Source: Octopus sinensis (lineage: Eukaryota). From it: a DNA stretch of 64,000 nt. Positions within the stretch are counted from its first letter, which is position 1. Each line of letters begins with the position of its first letter. Shown in pieces: positions 36,961 through 49,888 of the stretch. Under the pieces are notes generated by a model, which saw only the letters and a list, made by a program, of their open reading frames with translations, did not search any database and was not told where the DNA came from. The DNA lies in NCBI RefSeq assembly GCF_006345805.1, contig NC_043020.1:14136001-14200000 (forward strand), in the 5' to 3' direction. The position numbers were made by a program, and so were the translations under genes.

Positions 36961-37232
36961 ATGTATGTATGTATGTGTGTACGTATGTATGTATGTATGT
37001 ATGTGTGTACGTATGTATGTATGTATGTATGTGTCTGAGTTTGTCCCTTCCACTGTCGCTTGACAACCGATGTTGGTGTGTTTACACCCCCATGACTTAG
37101 CGGTTTGGCAAATGAGGCCGATAGAATAAGTACTAGGCTTCCAAAAGAATTAGTCCTAGGGTCTATTTGTTCGACTAAAGGTGGGGTTCCAGCATGGCCG
37201 CAGTCAGATGACTGGAACAAGTAAAAGAATAA
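36763..37232 (+). mobile_element. Family A SINE with expanded (TATG)n tract
   Basis: Head and tail flank a ~150-bp microsatellite. Confidence 0.85.
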
Positions 37233-37236
37233 ATGA

Positions 37237-37279
<43 letters not shown>

Positions 37280-37439
37280 TACACACACACACACACACAC
37301 ATACATACACACACACACACACAAACACACACACAGATATGACGGAAGTAAATAGACATCCCCCAAAACATCGTTTTTATGTTTATTTTAACTCGAGAAT
37401 GTTTATATTTTTTATTAATTGACATTTTTATATTTTAGG

Positions 37440-37773
37440 TTCTATATATGACTGTTTAATTTAGTTAGGGTTAGGGTTAGGGGAAGGGTGTCTTTTTTTC
37501 TTCAGAAATGTAAATAAACCCAATCTGTTTCTTAAACGAGGGACATATTCATTATGCACAGAATGCTTTCACCTCAATGGACGATCAGCGATTGGTTAAA
37601 ATTGCCGAAATGCAAGAAATTAAAGACGAAATATGTTACAAACTATAGAATTTTCTCAATAAAGCCAAGAGAAAAGGATGTTTTATAAACACATTCTACC
37701 AGTATACGAAGTTTAAAATTTTTTAGTTACCTAGAAATTATTTTAAAAACTGCCGTTCAAACCAAAGAGATCC
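37440..37773 (+). mobile_element. Family M MITE, left end missing
   Basis: Colinear; ends ccaaagagatcc. Confidence 0.8.
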
Positions 37774-37859
37774 AAGCCAAGTACAAAAGAAAGCCTTGGA
37801 ACTGTCTGAATTTCAAAGAGGTTGTATTGGGAGTCAGTTTGTAGGTACACTTGGCATAA

Positions 37860-38730
37860 AATTGCAGAAAATCTTGGGATTTCACGTTCTATAGTTAATA
37901 GAGTGATTGTGCAATTCCCCAGAGAGGGGAAGGAGTCCACATCATCTCGCCCATGTTGACCCTTCACTTTGTTAAGAAAAGTGTGGAGGATAATCCTTGT
38001 TGCGAGGCCTCTGACATAGCAGAACAAGTTGATGTCAGTCCCAGGACAGCTGTCAGGTATCTTGGCTACTATGGCCCCTTGCAGCAAGAAGGAAGCCATT
38101 TCTTTGACCAGCCAATATCAAGTGGAGAAAAGATTGGGTCAGTGAGACGGTGGAGAGGCCACTAGCATTCTGGGACACTGTCATATTCTCTGATGAGTCC
38201 AGATTTGTTGTATTTTCTGACAGTGGATGAGTGTGAGTCTGGAGACTCTGTGATGAAGAATTTGATGTGAAAACATTGCAGCCAACAATGACACATGGTG
38301 GCTATTCTGTGATGGTCTAGAGAGCAATTTGGAGCAATGGTCAATCAGAGTTGGTGGACTGTGAGGAAAATATAAACTCAGATAAATATGTGTCCATATT
38401 GAAGAAAGGACTACTTCTACTCTTCTTCAGTGGTGAAATGATTAAAGAAGACTCTTTTTTTATGGAAGATGTGGCTCCTTGTCACATGGCTAAAAAGACC
38501 CAAGATTGGTTGGATAAGAATTAAAAAGCTTCCATGGCCAAGCCAGTCACCAGATATGAATCCTATTGAACACCTCTGGAGCATAATGGATAGGACACTT
38601 CATAAAAAGAACAAAAAAGCATCCTCAAAGCCAGATCTTTTGAGATTATTACACAAAAATTGGCAAAAAATTTCTCAAGAGAATATTCGTCATCTCATGA
38701 GTAACATGCCTAATAGGGCATGTCTACTAA
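37860..38730 (+). mobile_element. Decayed Tc1-type (DD34E) transposase
   Basis: VIFSDESRF, MEDVAPCH, WPSQSPDMNPIEHLW across frameshifts and stops. Confidence 0.9.
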
Positions 38731-38745
38731 ATGCTAGATATTCAC

Positions 38746-38912
38746 ATGCTGGTGTGTTTACATCCCCGTAACTTGGTGGTTCAGCAAAAGAAACCGATAG
38801 AATAAGTACTAAGCTTACAAAAAAATAAGTCCTGGGGTCAATTTCTCAGCTAAAAGGTGGTGCTCCAGCATGGCCACAGTCAAATGCCTGAAACAAGTAA
38901 AAGAGTAAAGAG
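38746..38912 (+). mobile_element. Family A SINE 3' half
   Basis: Tail portion only. Confidence 0.85.
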
Positions 38913-39159
38913 TATACCCCTGCTTGAAATTTTGTGGTGGGTGTCTTGAAATATAATTGCACACCTCGTGGTGCATTGACTCATAATGTGGTATTGGGCA
39001 TATTGTAGGATAATGGGAGAAGGTAGAAAATTAATGGTGAATGGTGTGTAACAGCTTTGATAGCATGGTCGCATATTCGTTTTCATGGTGAGAAGTTGTA
39101 CGTTTAAATTCATTTAAAATTCCCAAACTGAAATTAATTTTTTTATAATAATTTTTTTC

Positions 39160-39466
39160 GGATCTTTTCCTTTTGAACAGCACATGTCAACACAATTTCT
39201 AGTTAACTAAACACTTTTAGACTTCGAATACTGGTAGAATGTGTTTATAAAACATCATTTTCTCTTGGCTTTATTGAGAAAATTCTACAGTTTGTAAGAT
39301 ATTTCATCTGAAATTTCGAGCATTTTGGCAATTTCAACCAATCGCTGACCTCCATTTGGGGTGAAAACATTCCGTGCTGTATGAATATGTCTCTCGTTTA
39401 AGAAACAGATTGGGTTTATTTACATTTGCGAAGAAAAAAAGATACCTGTTCAAAAGGAAAAGATCC
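39160..39466 (-). mobile_element. Family M MITE, internally deleted, 8-bp TSD
   Basis: tttttttc|ggatc...gatcc|tttttttc. Confidence 0.9.
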
Positions 39467-39553
39467 TTTTTTTCTTAAAATGTCAGCATATAATTTTGAT
39501 CTTAATTTTTTCATAGTAAATAAAACACTTTGGAAGTCAGAAACAAAACTTAA

Positions 39554-39774
39554 CCCTTTCATTACTGTATTTATTTTGAGATGTTCTGTGTTTCTTTCAA
39601 TTACTTTAAATATAACAAAGAATTTAATAAAATAACTTAGTTATCATTCAGCTAGTGTTGGGAACATAAATTGGGACTAATGTTTGGTGGAAGATTTTAA
39701 TTCAGAACTTATGAAAACAAGACATTTGTACTACAGAGCCACAGCCAGTTTCAGCCAGGTTGGTAACGAAAGGG
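39554..39774. mobile_element. piggyBac-type MITE (P1), reverse orientation
   Basis: TTAA flanks; CCCTTTC..GAAAGGG termini. Confidence 0.9.
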
Positions 39775-40193
39775 TTAAGTCAGGTAAAATTCTAACACTG
39801 TTAGCACACCAAACACTACAAGTTTGGGCAATATCAGCTTTTTTGTCGTTAGTCACTGAAAATGGTTCAATGACAAAGGTTGTGCATTGATATTTTGTTC
39901 AGTGTATTTTGTGATTTTCTTTGGCATTTTGTGTGCTTAGGCATTTTATTTAAAAATTAATTAGTGTTAATCTTAAATGTTTTTACAGTCGCAAAAATAC
40001 ACGCTTTTAGTTCAATTTTCAGTGATTATATAGTAATTAGTAACAATTATAACATTTTGTATATCTAATTAGTAACAATTAGTAACAGCTTGTCTGCCTA
40101 ATTTGAATAATACTAATGTTAGTCATAATATAGTCAGCGTGGCAACACATTCAATGGCAACAGCCTATATATATATATATATATATATATATA

Positions 40194-40467
40194 CTGTTGT
40201 GTCTGGGGAGAGTCATTCTCTTTTAGTGCCTTATTATTTAACACACTCACCGGTAAAATTTCCACTTATTTCTTATTTTTTTATTTTCTAAAATTTTCGT
40301 TGCGTCTTGCAACCTTTTCAATAGTCTTGACTCTTTTTATTGAAAAGGTTGCAAGACGCAGCAAAAATTTTTGAAAATAAAAAAATAAGAAATAAGTGGA
40401 AATTTTACTGGTGAGTGTGTTAAATAATAAGGAATTAAAAGAGAATGACTCTCCCCAGACACAACAG
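40194..40467. mobile_element. Foldback MITE
   Basis: ctgttgtgtctggggagagtcattctc...gagaatgactctccccagacacaacag; ~130-bp arms with a very short spacer. Confidence 0.85.
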
Positions 40468-40530
40468 AATATGCTTCAACACACGAACTCATATAAAGAA
40501 TCTTGCAAACCAAATCCAAAAACGAAATAT

Positions 40531-40660
40531 ATAGCTTGCTTCTTAGCTACATAGTTTCGAGTTCAGTCCCACTGCGTGGCACTTTGAGTAGGTGTCTTCC
40601 ACTATAGCCCCGAGCCGACCGGAGCTTTGTGATTGAATTCGGTAGGTGGAAGTTACTGCC
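40531..40660 (+). mobile_element. Family A SINE 5' part, degenerate
   Basis: gttcagtcccactgcgtggcac core. Confidence 0.65.
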
Positions 40661-40737
40661 GTGTGTGTATATGTGCGTGTAGGTGCTTGTGCCTCTCCGA
40701 AAGAGAGAGAGAGGGGATATATATATATATATATATT

Positions 40738-41000
40738 ATCATCATAATCATCATCACCACCACCACCAGCATTATTTAATGTCCATTTTCCATGCTGAAA
40801 AGGGCTGGAAAGTTTGAGAGGAGCCGGCCAGCTGGAGAGCTGCTAAAACTTCATGTCTGTTTTGACATAGTTTCTATGGCTGGATGCCCTTCCTAATGCC
40901 AACCACTTTACAGAGAGTACTTGGGACTTTTACATAGCACTAGCATGGGTACTTTTTACATCTACACTGGCAGCCACCAGTCTGCAAGATTAAGAAAACT
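40738..41000 (-). mobile_element. Family B 3' end, degenerate
   Basis: ggatgcccttcctaatgccaaccac motif and CAT-like tail. Confidence 0.65.
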
Positions 41001-41439
41001 CGGCTGAAAAGGGATGCAGGGGACATGCCTGTATGCTAGGACTACCATGCATTTACTTAGCTTGATGTATCTTCTCAATCACAAAAGTCTTGGTCCCCTG
41101 ACATCCCCTTGTGAGGCCCAACATCTGAAGATCTTTTCTCATCAGTTTGTCCCAAATCTTCCTGGTTCTACCCCTTCAACACATTTCCTCCACAATTAGA
41201 GCTCGGTGCTTCTTGATGCAACTGTCTTCATTTATATGCTCCATCTTGCCTAATGTGCTGCAACTTTACTCAGTCTTTTTCTAAAATGTTAGCATTCTTC
41301 AAGGATGTATGTGTACATATACACACATAATGTCAGACATCATGTTGTCTCAACAAATGAAAAGGCATGCTGTAATAGTTTACTTAAAAGCACAGCATAG
41401 TGATACAGAGATAGCTCACTTTCTGAAAGTTGTCCGATT

Positions 41440-41830
41440 CATCATCATCATCGTTTAACGTCCATTCTCCATGCTGGCATGGGTTGGACGGTTCGACAGG
41501 GGATCTGGAAAGCCAGAAGGCTGCACCAGACTCCAGTCTGATCTGGCAATGTTTCTACGACTGGATGCCCTTCCTAACGCCAACCACTCCAAGAGTGTAG
41601 TGGTTGCTTTTTATATGCCAGGTGAGGTTGGTAACGGCCACAATTGGATTGGTGCTTTTTACGTGCTACCAGCATGGAAGCCAGTCAAGGTGGCGCTGGC
41701 ATCAGCCACATTCGGATGGTGCTTTTTACGTGCCACCGGCACAGGGATCACAACTGCAGTTTCCATTGATCTTTAATGTTGGTGTCCTTGACTCAATGGA
41801 TCTCCTCAAGCACAGGGTCAAAACGGTGTT
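41440..41830 (-). mobile_element. Family B RTE-type 3' end
   Basis: CAT tail, conserved body, 2-3 tandem units. Confidence 0.85.
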
Positions 41831-41949
41831 TGTCCGATTATTTATTGTAAAACTGCTGATAGGGATCCAGCATCAGCTGCTAAATGTAAAATACATGCAC
41901 AGTGTCCAAATACCATCAGGACTCATAGCTATATATAAAAAGTCCAAGA

Positions 41950-42900
41950 AATAATCGACAAAACCCCTAGAAAGACAATCAGAGCCTTTGTAAAGGACCT
42001 CAAGGTTTCATAATGCACCATCAGAAGAGTTGTGCATGAGGACATCTTGTACAAGTCGTATGTGATGTGAAGGGGTCAGTTTATGTTGGATGTGGCAAGA
42101 GAGAATCTTTCGATCCATGCAAAAACTTAGTAAATAAGTTGAAACAGGAGGCGCAGGACTGGCTGTGTGGTAAGTAGCTTGCTTGCGAACTACATGGTTC
42201 CGGGTTCAGTCCCACTGCGTGGCACCTTGGGAAGTGTCTTCTACTATAGCCTCGGGCCGACCAAAGCCTTGTGAGTGGATTTGGTAGACGGAAACTGAAA
42301 GAAGCCCGTCGTATATATGTATATATATATGCGTGTGTGTGTTTGTACCCCTAGCATTGCTTGACAACCGATGCTGGTGTGTTTATGTCCCCGTTACTTA
42401 GCGGTTCTCCTATGAGAAAAGCTTCAGGCAGGACTAAAATGTAAATTGAAGGAATGACAGATGGTTATGCAGAGACCTAAATGAGATTCCAATCTTCATG
42501 CATATTTAGTTCCCAGCAACTGTGCTGGTTCTAGGAGTCGTCAGCAATAAGGGAACTGTCATGCCTCCTCCCCCTTTTTTTACGAGGCTTAAGAGTTAAT
42601 GCTGCTGTCTACACAGACGTATTGGAGAAAGTTGTGAGACCCTGGATAGACAGAGTATGCAATGGAAGACTGCATATCTTGCAACAAGATTCTGTGCTGT
42701 CTTATAAAACTAAGACAACCCAAGCATGGATGCATGCCAATCTCCATGATCATGTTCTCCCAAACACATGACCTCCTAGCTCTTCAGACATCAATCCACT
42801 GGACTATGATGTATGGGGCATAGTCAAAAGAGGTCAATCAGCACCCCCAAAACACTATACAATCTCTCAAGTCTGCCATAAGCAGCACTACGTCCAAAAT
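41950..42900 (+). mobile_element. Decayed DD37D (maT-like) transposase interrupted by a family A SINE
   Basis: TIRRVVHEDI, FPATVLVLGVVSNKG, LQQDS, *PPSSSDINPLDYDVWG. Confidence 0.8.
42149..42407 (+). mobile_element. Family A SINE, 3'-truncated
   Basis: Head to mid-body. Confidence 0.9.
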
Positions 42901-42952
42901 TCTTTATTTTGTATTCCTATTGTATGTGTCTTCATTTGCACATGTGTATACT

Positions 42953-43178
42953 CTCTTTACTCTTTTACTCTTTTACTTGTTTCAGTCATTTGACTGCGGC
43001 CATGCTGGAGCACCGGCTTTAATCGAGCAACTCGACCCCGGGACTTATTCTTTCATAAGCCCAGTACTTATTCTATCGGTCTCTTTTGCCGAACTGCTAT
43101 GTAACGGGGACATAAACACACTAGCATCGGTTGTCAAGCAATGCTAGGGGTACAAACACAGACACACAAACACACACA

Positions 43179-43216
<38 letters not shown>

Positions 43217-43383
43217 TATACGATGGGCTTCTTTCAGTTTCCGTCTACCAAATCCACTCACTAGGCATTGGTCGGCCCGAGGCTATAGTAGAAGACACTT
43301 GCCCAAGGTGCCACGCAGTGGGACTGAATCTGAAACTATGTGGTTGGTAAACAAGCTACTTACCACACGGCCACTCCTGTGCC
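42953..43383 (-). mobile_element. Family A SINE, full length
   Basis: Complete. Confidence 0.9.
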
Positions 43384-43385
43384 TA

Positions 43386-43420
<35 letters not shown>

Positions 43421-43782
43421 TAATCTTGACACTGCACGATTGTTGTAAAACAAGATATGAAATCATGAAAGTAAAGCCACTCATTTTTAATCCACTGTGA
43501 AAACATGTCTGGCCTTGTAGACATTGTAGCAGAAGTGATTTACTCCTCTTCGTTATAAAATAATCCCTTACTTGGAGACAGGTGCGGGTTTGGCAACAGG
43601 AAGGACAGCTAGCTGTAGAAAATCAGCCCCTAACAAAATTCACCCAACCCATGATAGTATGGAAAAGCAGATGTTAAAACACTAATGTTTAGGGTGATGA
43701 TGATGACAATGATGATGATGATGATGATGGTGATGGTGATGATTGCGATGACGATGATGATGATGATGATGAAGAAGAAGAA

Positions 43783-44162
43783 GCACTCCGTCGGTTACGA
43801 CGACGAGGGTTCCGATTGATCCGAAACAACGGAACAGCCTGCTCGTGAAATTAACGTGTAAGTGGCTGAGCACTCCACAGACACGTGCACCCTTAACGTA
43901 GTTCTCGGGGATATTCAGCATGACACAGAGAGTGACAAGGCCGGCCCTTTGAAATACAGGTACAACAGAAACAGGAAGTAAGAGTGAGAGAAAGTTGTGG
44001 TGAAAGAGTACAGCAGGGGTCACCACCATCCCCTGCCGGAGCCTCGTGGAGCTTCAGGTGTTTTCGCTCAATAAACACTCACAACGCCCTGTCTGGGAAT
44101 CGAAACCGCGATCCTACGACCGTGAGTCCGCAGCCCTAACCACTGGGCCATTGCGCCTCCAC
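43783..44162 (-). mobile_element. Family C tRNA-headed SINE
   Basis: Head gtggaggcgcaatggcccagtggttaggg...ggtttcgattccc; body shared with 47163-47475. Confidence 0.85.
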
Positions 44163-44223
44163 TGATGATGATGACAATGACTACGATGATGATAGTGACG
44201 ACGAAGTCGACGACAACAGCAAT

Positions 44224-44428
44224 GTGGAGGCACAATGGCCCAGTGGTTAGGGCAGCGGACTCGTGATCATAAGACCGCAGTTTCGATTCTCGAACCAGGC
44301 ATTGTGAATGTTCATTGAGCAAAAACACCTAAGCTCCACAAGTCGCCAGTGGGGGTGGTGGTGGTGATGGTGAACCCTGCCGTACTCTTTCACCACAACT
44401 TTCTCTTACTCTTTCTTCCTACTTCTGC
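44224..44428 (+). mobile_element. Family C SINE 5' part, head-to-head with the preceding copy
   Basis: Reverse-complement match to 43960-44162. Confidence 0.85.
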
Positions 44429-44709
44429 CACAAAGCAGAGGAACCATGGTGTAACCCACTATGGAGTGGTAAACTTTCAGACCCTAGTCTAGATTGCGAA
44501 TCCTCTGTACCCCAGGATGGTTCAGCTCTCCACCCGTTAAAAGCCACCGTTTACGGAATGAGGGTAACAACATAGCTTTCATGCCTGTGCAACCGCCAGT
44601 CTATTGCGTGTAGTGGGTGGATCTTCGAGTGGCCACGTGCGTTCTTAGTAGCTTAGAGTAGGCTCGAACTAGAGATTATTCTTTGTGGCTAATGGCATGA
44701 GTCCTGATT

Positions 44710-44920
44710 GGAAGAAGAAGAAGAAGAAGAAGAAGAAGAAGAAGAAGAAGAAGAAGAAGAAGAAGAAGACAACAGCAATGAGGATGATGATGACAGCCAC
44801 AACAATGGCATCGACAGCAATGACGATGATGGTAATGATAATGATGATGGTAATGATAATGATGATGATAACGATGACAACGATGACGATGACAGTGATG
44901 ACAACGATGATGATTGATGT
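44710..44920. repeat. (GAA)n/(GAT)n trinucleotide repeats
   Basis: Simple repeats producing poly-E/D/K artefact ORFs. Confidence 0.95.
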
Positions 44921-45314
44921 TGTTGTTATTTTCCTTTTTATTAATTTCTCTCATAGTTGTCTAATTTTTGATATTGCCGACCATTTAATTCCATGGCTGA
45001 GATCTTTGATATTTCCAACAAAAAATGGTTTAAATATCAAAAGGAAAAGAAAAGCTTAGTATTTTGGCAGACAGTAGATAAACTAAGTACCAGTTGCGTA
45101 CTGGGGAGAGATCTAATCGACTGGCACTGTCCCAAATTCCGGAATTTGTGCCTAGAGAAGAACAGACATATTAGTTACTTATTTTACTACTGACTGAATT
45201 GAAATATGAATCAAGAAATGTAATATGGCTTGTACATTTGAAAGTTCAACACTTTGTTTAAAAACTTCAAAAAGGAAGTTTCAAGTTACAAGATCTCTGA
45301 ATATAAGGAAAAAG

Positions 45315-45550
45315 GTTAACATGACCTAGTGGTTAGCGTGTTGCACTCATGATCGTGAGATTGTAGTTTCGATTCCTAGACTGGTTGGTGTGTTATATTC
45401 TTGAGCAAAGCACTTCGTCCCATCTTGCTTTATGATCACTTCGACACCTAGCACATGGTGCACCGTGCCCTTGTTCAAACCATCTGTGTGGGTTGTTCAG
45501 CAAAAGCTGAACACACATACATCGACGTGAGAGTCCATCATTGTATATAT
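45315..45550 (+). mobile_element. Family C-related SINE, degenerate
   Basis: tRNA-like head gtggttagcgtg...gtttcgattcct and a diverged tail. Confidence 0.6.
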
Positions 45551-45764
45551 TACCAAGAGAACTTGTACTAAAGATTTGATCACAATGAAAGGTCAAGTTC
45601 TAATGTTAGCATATTAAACAGCACTGCTGTGAGATTTTACTAAATTTCCAAACACAGTTGAATTCTTATTAATTTCTGAATTTTGTTCAGAGTTTATACA
45701 ACACTTCATTTAAAAATCTATCATCAAATCTAAAACAGATTACATACTTTTATAGTTTAATTTT

Positions 45765-45904
45765 TACTTGTTTCAGTCATTAGACTGCGGCCATGCTGGA
45801 GCACTGCTTTGCAGGATTTTTAGTTGAACAAATAATAATAAACTAAGTACTTAGTACTCCCAGTACTTTAGTTTTCATAAGCCTGGTACTTATGCTCTCT
45901 TTTG

Positions 45905-45960
<56 letters not shown>

Positions 45961-46130
45961 ATGCACACACACACAATGAATTTCTGAATTTCTTTCAGTT
46001 TCCATCTACCAAATCCACTCACAAGACCTTGGTTGGCCCAAGGGTATAGTAAAAAAACACTTGCTCAAGATGGTACTGAATCCGGAACCATGTGGTTGGA
46101 AAGTAAGCTTCCTACCAGTCAGCCATGCCT
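45765..46130 (-). mobile_element. Family A SINE, degenerate
   Basis: Tail, (CA)n tract and head are recognisable. Confidence 0.75.
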
Positions 46131-46666
46131 ACCAGGGGCAGCCCAAGGTGGGGGCCTGAAGGGTGCATTCCCCACTCAAGAAAAGAAGTGCGTCTTTCTA
46201 AATAATGTCATTATGTGCTCTTCCCTCTGGCTGGGGAACCATGTATCTCCTCTACAGTAGCACACCTGTTTCTGCTCTCACTCTTGATCACTCTCTCTTG
46301 CTCCTTCTCTTACTTTTCCCTCTGGTTAGGTACCTAAGTATCTCCTTTACACCTCTTTCTGTCCTCTTTCTTGTTACCTCTCTCCCTGTCTCTGTCTGTC
46401 TGTCTGTCTGTCTGTGTGTCTCTCTCTCTCTCTGGCCAGGTCAGCAAGGTCAGTAATTTCTAGGGTGGGGATAAGTCAATTATATCGAACCCGGGTTTGA
46501 TGTAATCGACTTATCAACACTCCAGAAATTGCTGACCTTGTATCAAACTAGATCTATGAACTAAAATTTATATTAAAAAATTAAAGAATAATAAATGAAA
46601 CCGATTAGAACTATCAGTGAAGTTATTCCTTTACTTTTTTCAAATATATGTGTGTGTGTATATATA

Positions 46667-46848
46667 GGCGCAGGAGTGGCTGTGTGGTAAGTAGCTTGCT
46701 TACCAACCACATGGTTTCGGGTTCAGTCCCACTGCGTGGCATCTTGGGCAAGTGTCTTCTGCTATAGCCTTGGGCCGACCAATGCCTTGTGAGTGGATTT
46801 GGTAGACGGTAACTGAAAGAAGCCTGTCGTATATATGTATATATATAT

Positions 46849-46913
<65 letters not shown>

Positions 46914-47146
46914 GTATGTGTATGTATATGTTTGTGTGTCTGTGTTTGTCCCCCTAGCATTGCTTGACAACCGATGCTGGTGTGTTTACATCCCTGTTAC
47001 TTAGCAGTTCGGCAAAAGAGACCGATAGAATAAGTACTGGGCTTACAAAGAATAAGTCCCAACGTCGATTTGCTCGACTAAAGGCGGTGCTCCAGCATGG
47101 TCGCAGTCAAATGACTGAAACAAGTAAAAGAGTAAAAGAGTAAAGA
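46667..47146 (+). mobile_element. Family A SINE, full length
   Basis: Complete. Confidence 0.9.
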
Positions 47147-47162
47147 ATGTGTATGTGTGTGT

Positions 47163-47473
47163 GTGAAGGCAAGTGGCTTAGTGTTTAGAGCGTTCAGCTC
47201 ATGATTGTAAAGTCGTGAGTTCAATTCCTAGCAACATGTTGTGTCCTTGAGCAAGACACTTTATTTCACATTGCTTCAGTCCACTTAGCTGGCAAAAATG
47301 AGTAGTACCTGTATTTCAAAGAGCCAGCCTTGTCACGCTGAATCTCCCTGAGAACTACATTAAGGGTACACGTGTCTGTGGAGTGCTCGGCCACTTGTAT
47401 GTTAATTTCACAAGCAAGCTGTTCTGTTGACCGTATCAGGTGGGACCCTCATCATCATAACCAACAGAGTGCT

Positions 47474-47475
<2 letters not shown>
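47163..47475 (+). mobile_element. Family C SINE
   Basis: tRNA-like head, ccttgagcaagacac core, tail ggagtgc. Confidence 0.85.
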
Positions 47476-47516
<41 letters not shown>

Positions 47517-47578
47517 CATATTTATCTTTATGTACATATTATATTTATTTATCTATCTATCTATATATATATACATAC

Positions 47579-47627
<49 letters not shown>

Positions 47628-47628
47628 A

Positions 47629-47759
47629 TATCAATTCATATAATTTATTAACTAATTAAATAGGAACATCCAAATCCAACAGAATAAAACAGAATAAAAC
47701 AATATACATTGGATTTGGATATTCCTATTTAATTAGTTAATAAATTATATGAATTGGTA
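47629..47759. repeat. AT-rich inverted repeat (51-bp arms, 29-nt spacer)
   Basis: 47629-47679 versus 47709-47759, 2 mismatches. Confidence 0.9.
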
Positions 47760-48032
47760 TTATCTGTAAGTTGATGATTCAAAGGAATCTATTCCTCCAT
47801 TTTCTTATTTTATATATATAATTTTATTTAATTATATAATTATATAATTTTATTTAATTTATATTAAAATTTTTTTATGTATTGGATTAAGTCTTTCTTT
47901 GTTTGATTTGCAAAATAGTGGTTTTGTCTCTAATTAATATTATATAATATTTTACTATAAAATTGGATTCAATCCTAAATCTGATTTTCCCTGTAAATTT
48001 GGATTTATTCCCTAATATTTATTATTATTTAT

Positions 48033-48087
<55 letters not shown>

Positions 48088-49175
48088 ATGTATGTATGTA
48101 TGTATGTATGTATGTATGTATGTATATATATTTATCTTTATATATATATTATCATTACCTTTATATCTATATTATACTTACCTATAAATCTGTGGAAAAT
48201 TAAAAGTACTGCAGAGTGACATTGAGAAGAATAAATGTAAATTTTCCTTTATTTTAGACATAATATTTTGAAAATCATCAGGAGTGACTTTTATTGTGAT
48301 TTTCATCCAGAACTAATTGATTTGTTGTGATTTCAATGTTTCTTATTGGAATTTCATTGACAGGAAGCTGCCAATGATTCTGAGAGTCACAGAATATTGA
48401 ATTGCTTTGGTAATCTTATAAGAGACGATTTGTATGCTTTTTCATCAATAACATATTGATCTTTAAGATTGCAATATGGTTTGACAAAGGAATTATCAAT
48501 ATAAAATGTTTGAAGTTTTTGATAATGTATTGGTTAGTAACAATTTCAGTGTTTCCAAACAATATTTAAAACTTTGAAAGTTTTGAAAATCATCAAAATC
48601 TGAAATTGCTTCAAAATGTCAGAAGGAAGATTTTTGGTGACTTTCACCAATAATAATACATCAATTTATAAGAATTTAATCGATCTTTAATGATAATACA
48701 TTGATTTGTAATGATTTCATTGATCTTTCATCGATAATACGTGATTTGGAAAGATTTCAAAAATTCTTTGGCACAGATTAGTCAATATGAATCTTTCGAA
48801 GACTGGAAAAAATCATCAACTGTTGAATTGTTTTTCAACATCAGCAATAACTTTTATTGATATTATTATAATATGGATCCTCGTCCACTTGTATGTTATT
48901 GTTGGCTCTGTAATATTCTTGTCACCGCTATTATGTTGTGGTGGTATTCCACGTCTTATTATCTTTGACACGTCTATCATGCTATCGCTGATAGCTCCGC
49001 AAGACAATGACTTTGAAAGGTCTACCTTGACAGTAACTCGAACATCTATATATCATGTAACTGTCACTGACTCCAATTGAGAACTCATACAACAACTCTT
49101 CATTTGGCATCCTTTTTTAACCAGCATCTGTTGCCAGTGTTGTTTCCAACATCAGATCGAAGTGTGTAAGTTAAC

Positions 49176-49522
49176 ATCATCATCATCATCATCATCATCA
49201 TCGTTTAACGTCCGTTCTCCATGCTAGCATGGGTTGGACGGTTCAACTGGGGTCTGTGAAGCCAGATGGCTTCATCAGGCCCAGTCAGATTTGGCAGTGT
49301 TTCTACGGCTGGATGCCCTTCCTAACGCCAACCACTCCGTGAGTGTAGTGGGTGCTTTTAACGTGCCACCTGCACAGGTGCCAGACAGAGCTGGCAAACG
49401 GCCACGAACGGATGGTGTTTTTACGTGCCACCGGCACAGGGGCCAGGCGAGGCTGGCAACGGACATGAGCGGATGGTGCTTTTACATGCCAATGGCACGT
49501 GGGCCAGGCGAGGCTGGCAACG
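49176..49522 (-). mobile_element. Family B 3' end nested in gypsy
   Basis: CAT tail and tandem units. Confidence 0.9.
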
Positions 49523-49657
49523 GACAAATGATCATGCTTTTTAATTCCTCAAATGCCTTCTGGCATTTTTCTGACCAAAACCATTTGGCATCCTTTTTTT
49601 AACAGCTCATTTAGTGAAGCCCTTGTGTTGTGTATGTTCAGGAAATATACTTGATAG

Positions 49658-49888
49658 GCGGTGAGCTGGCAGAACTGTTAGCGCGCTGGGCGAAATGCTG
49701 AGCGGTATTTCGTCTGCCGTTACATTCTGAGTTCAAATTCTGCAAAGGTTGACTTTGCCTTTCATCCTTTCAGGGTCGATAAATAAAGAACCAGTTATGC
49801 ACTGGGGTCGGTGTAACCGACTTAATCCCTTTGTCTGTTTTTGTTTGTCCCCTCTATGTTTAGCCCCTTGTGGGCAATAAAGAAATAT
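49658..49888 (+). mobile_element. Family D SINE nested in gypsy
   Basis: 13-bp TSD atatacttgatag at 49645-49657 and 49889-49901. Confidence 0.9.

Noticed and set aside
44430-44710. HDV-like ribozyme (tcatgcc...gctaatggcatga resembles P2/J4-2)
   Set aside because: P1, P3 and L3 could not be built; more likely the 3' end of an unclassified retroposon with a GAA tail.
44676-45059. Poly-E/D, poly-K and poly-S ORFs
   Set aside because: (GAA)n/(GAT)n simple repeats.
46470-46515. 21-bp stem hairpin, pre-miRNA-like
   Set aside because: Fold-back of a family D SINE tail, too short, and with no expression evidence.
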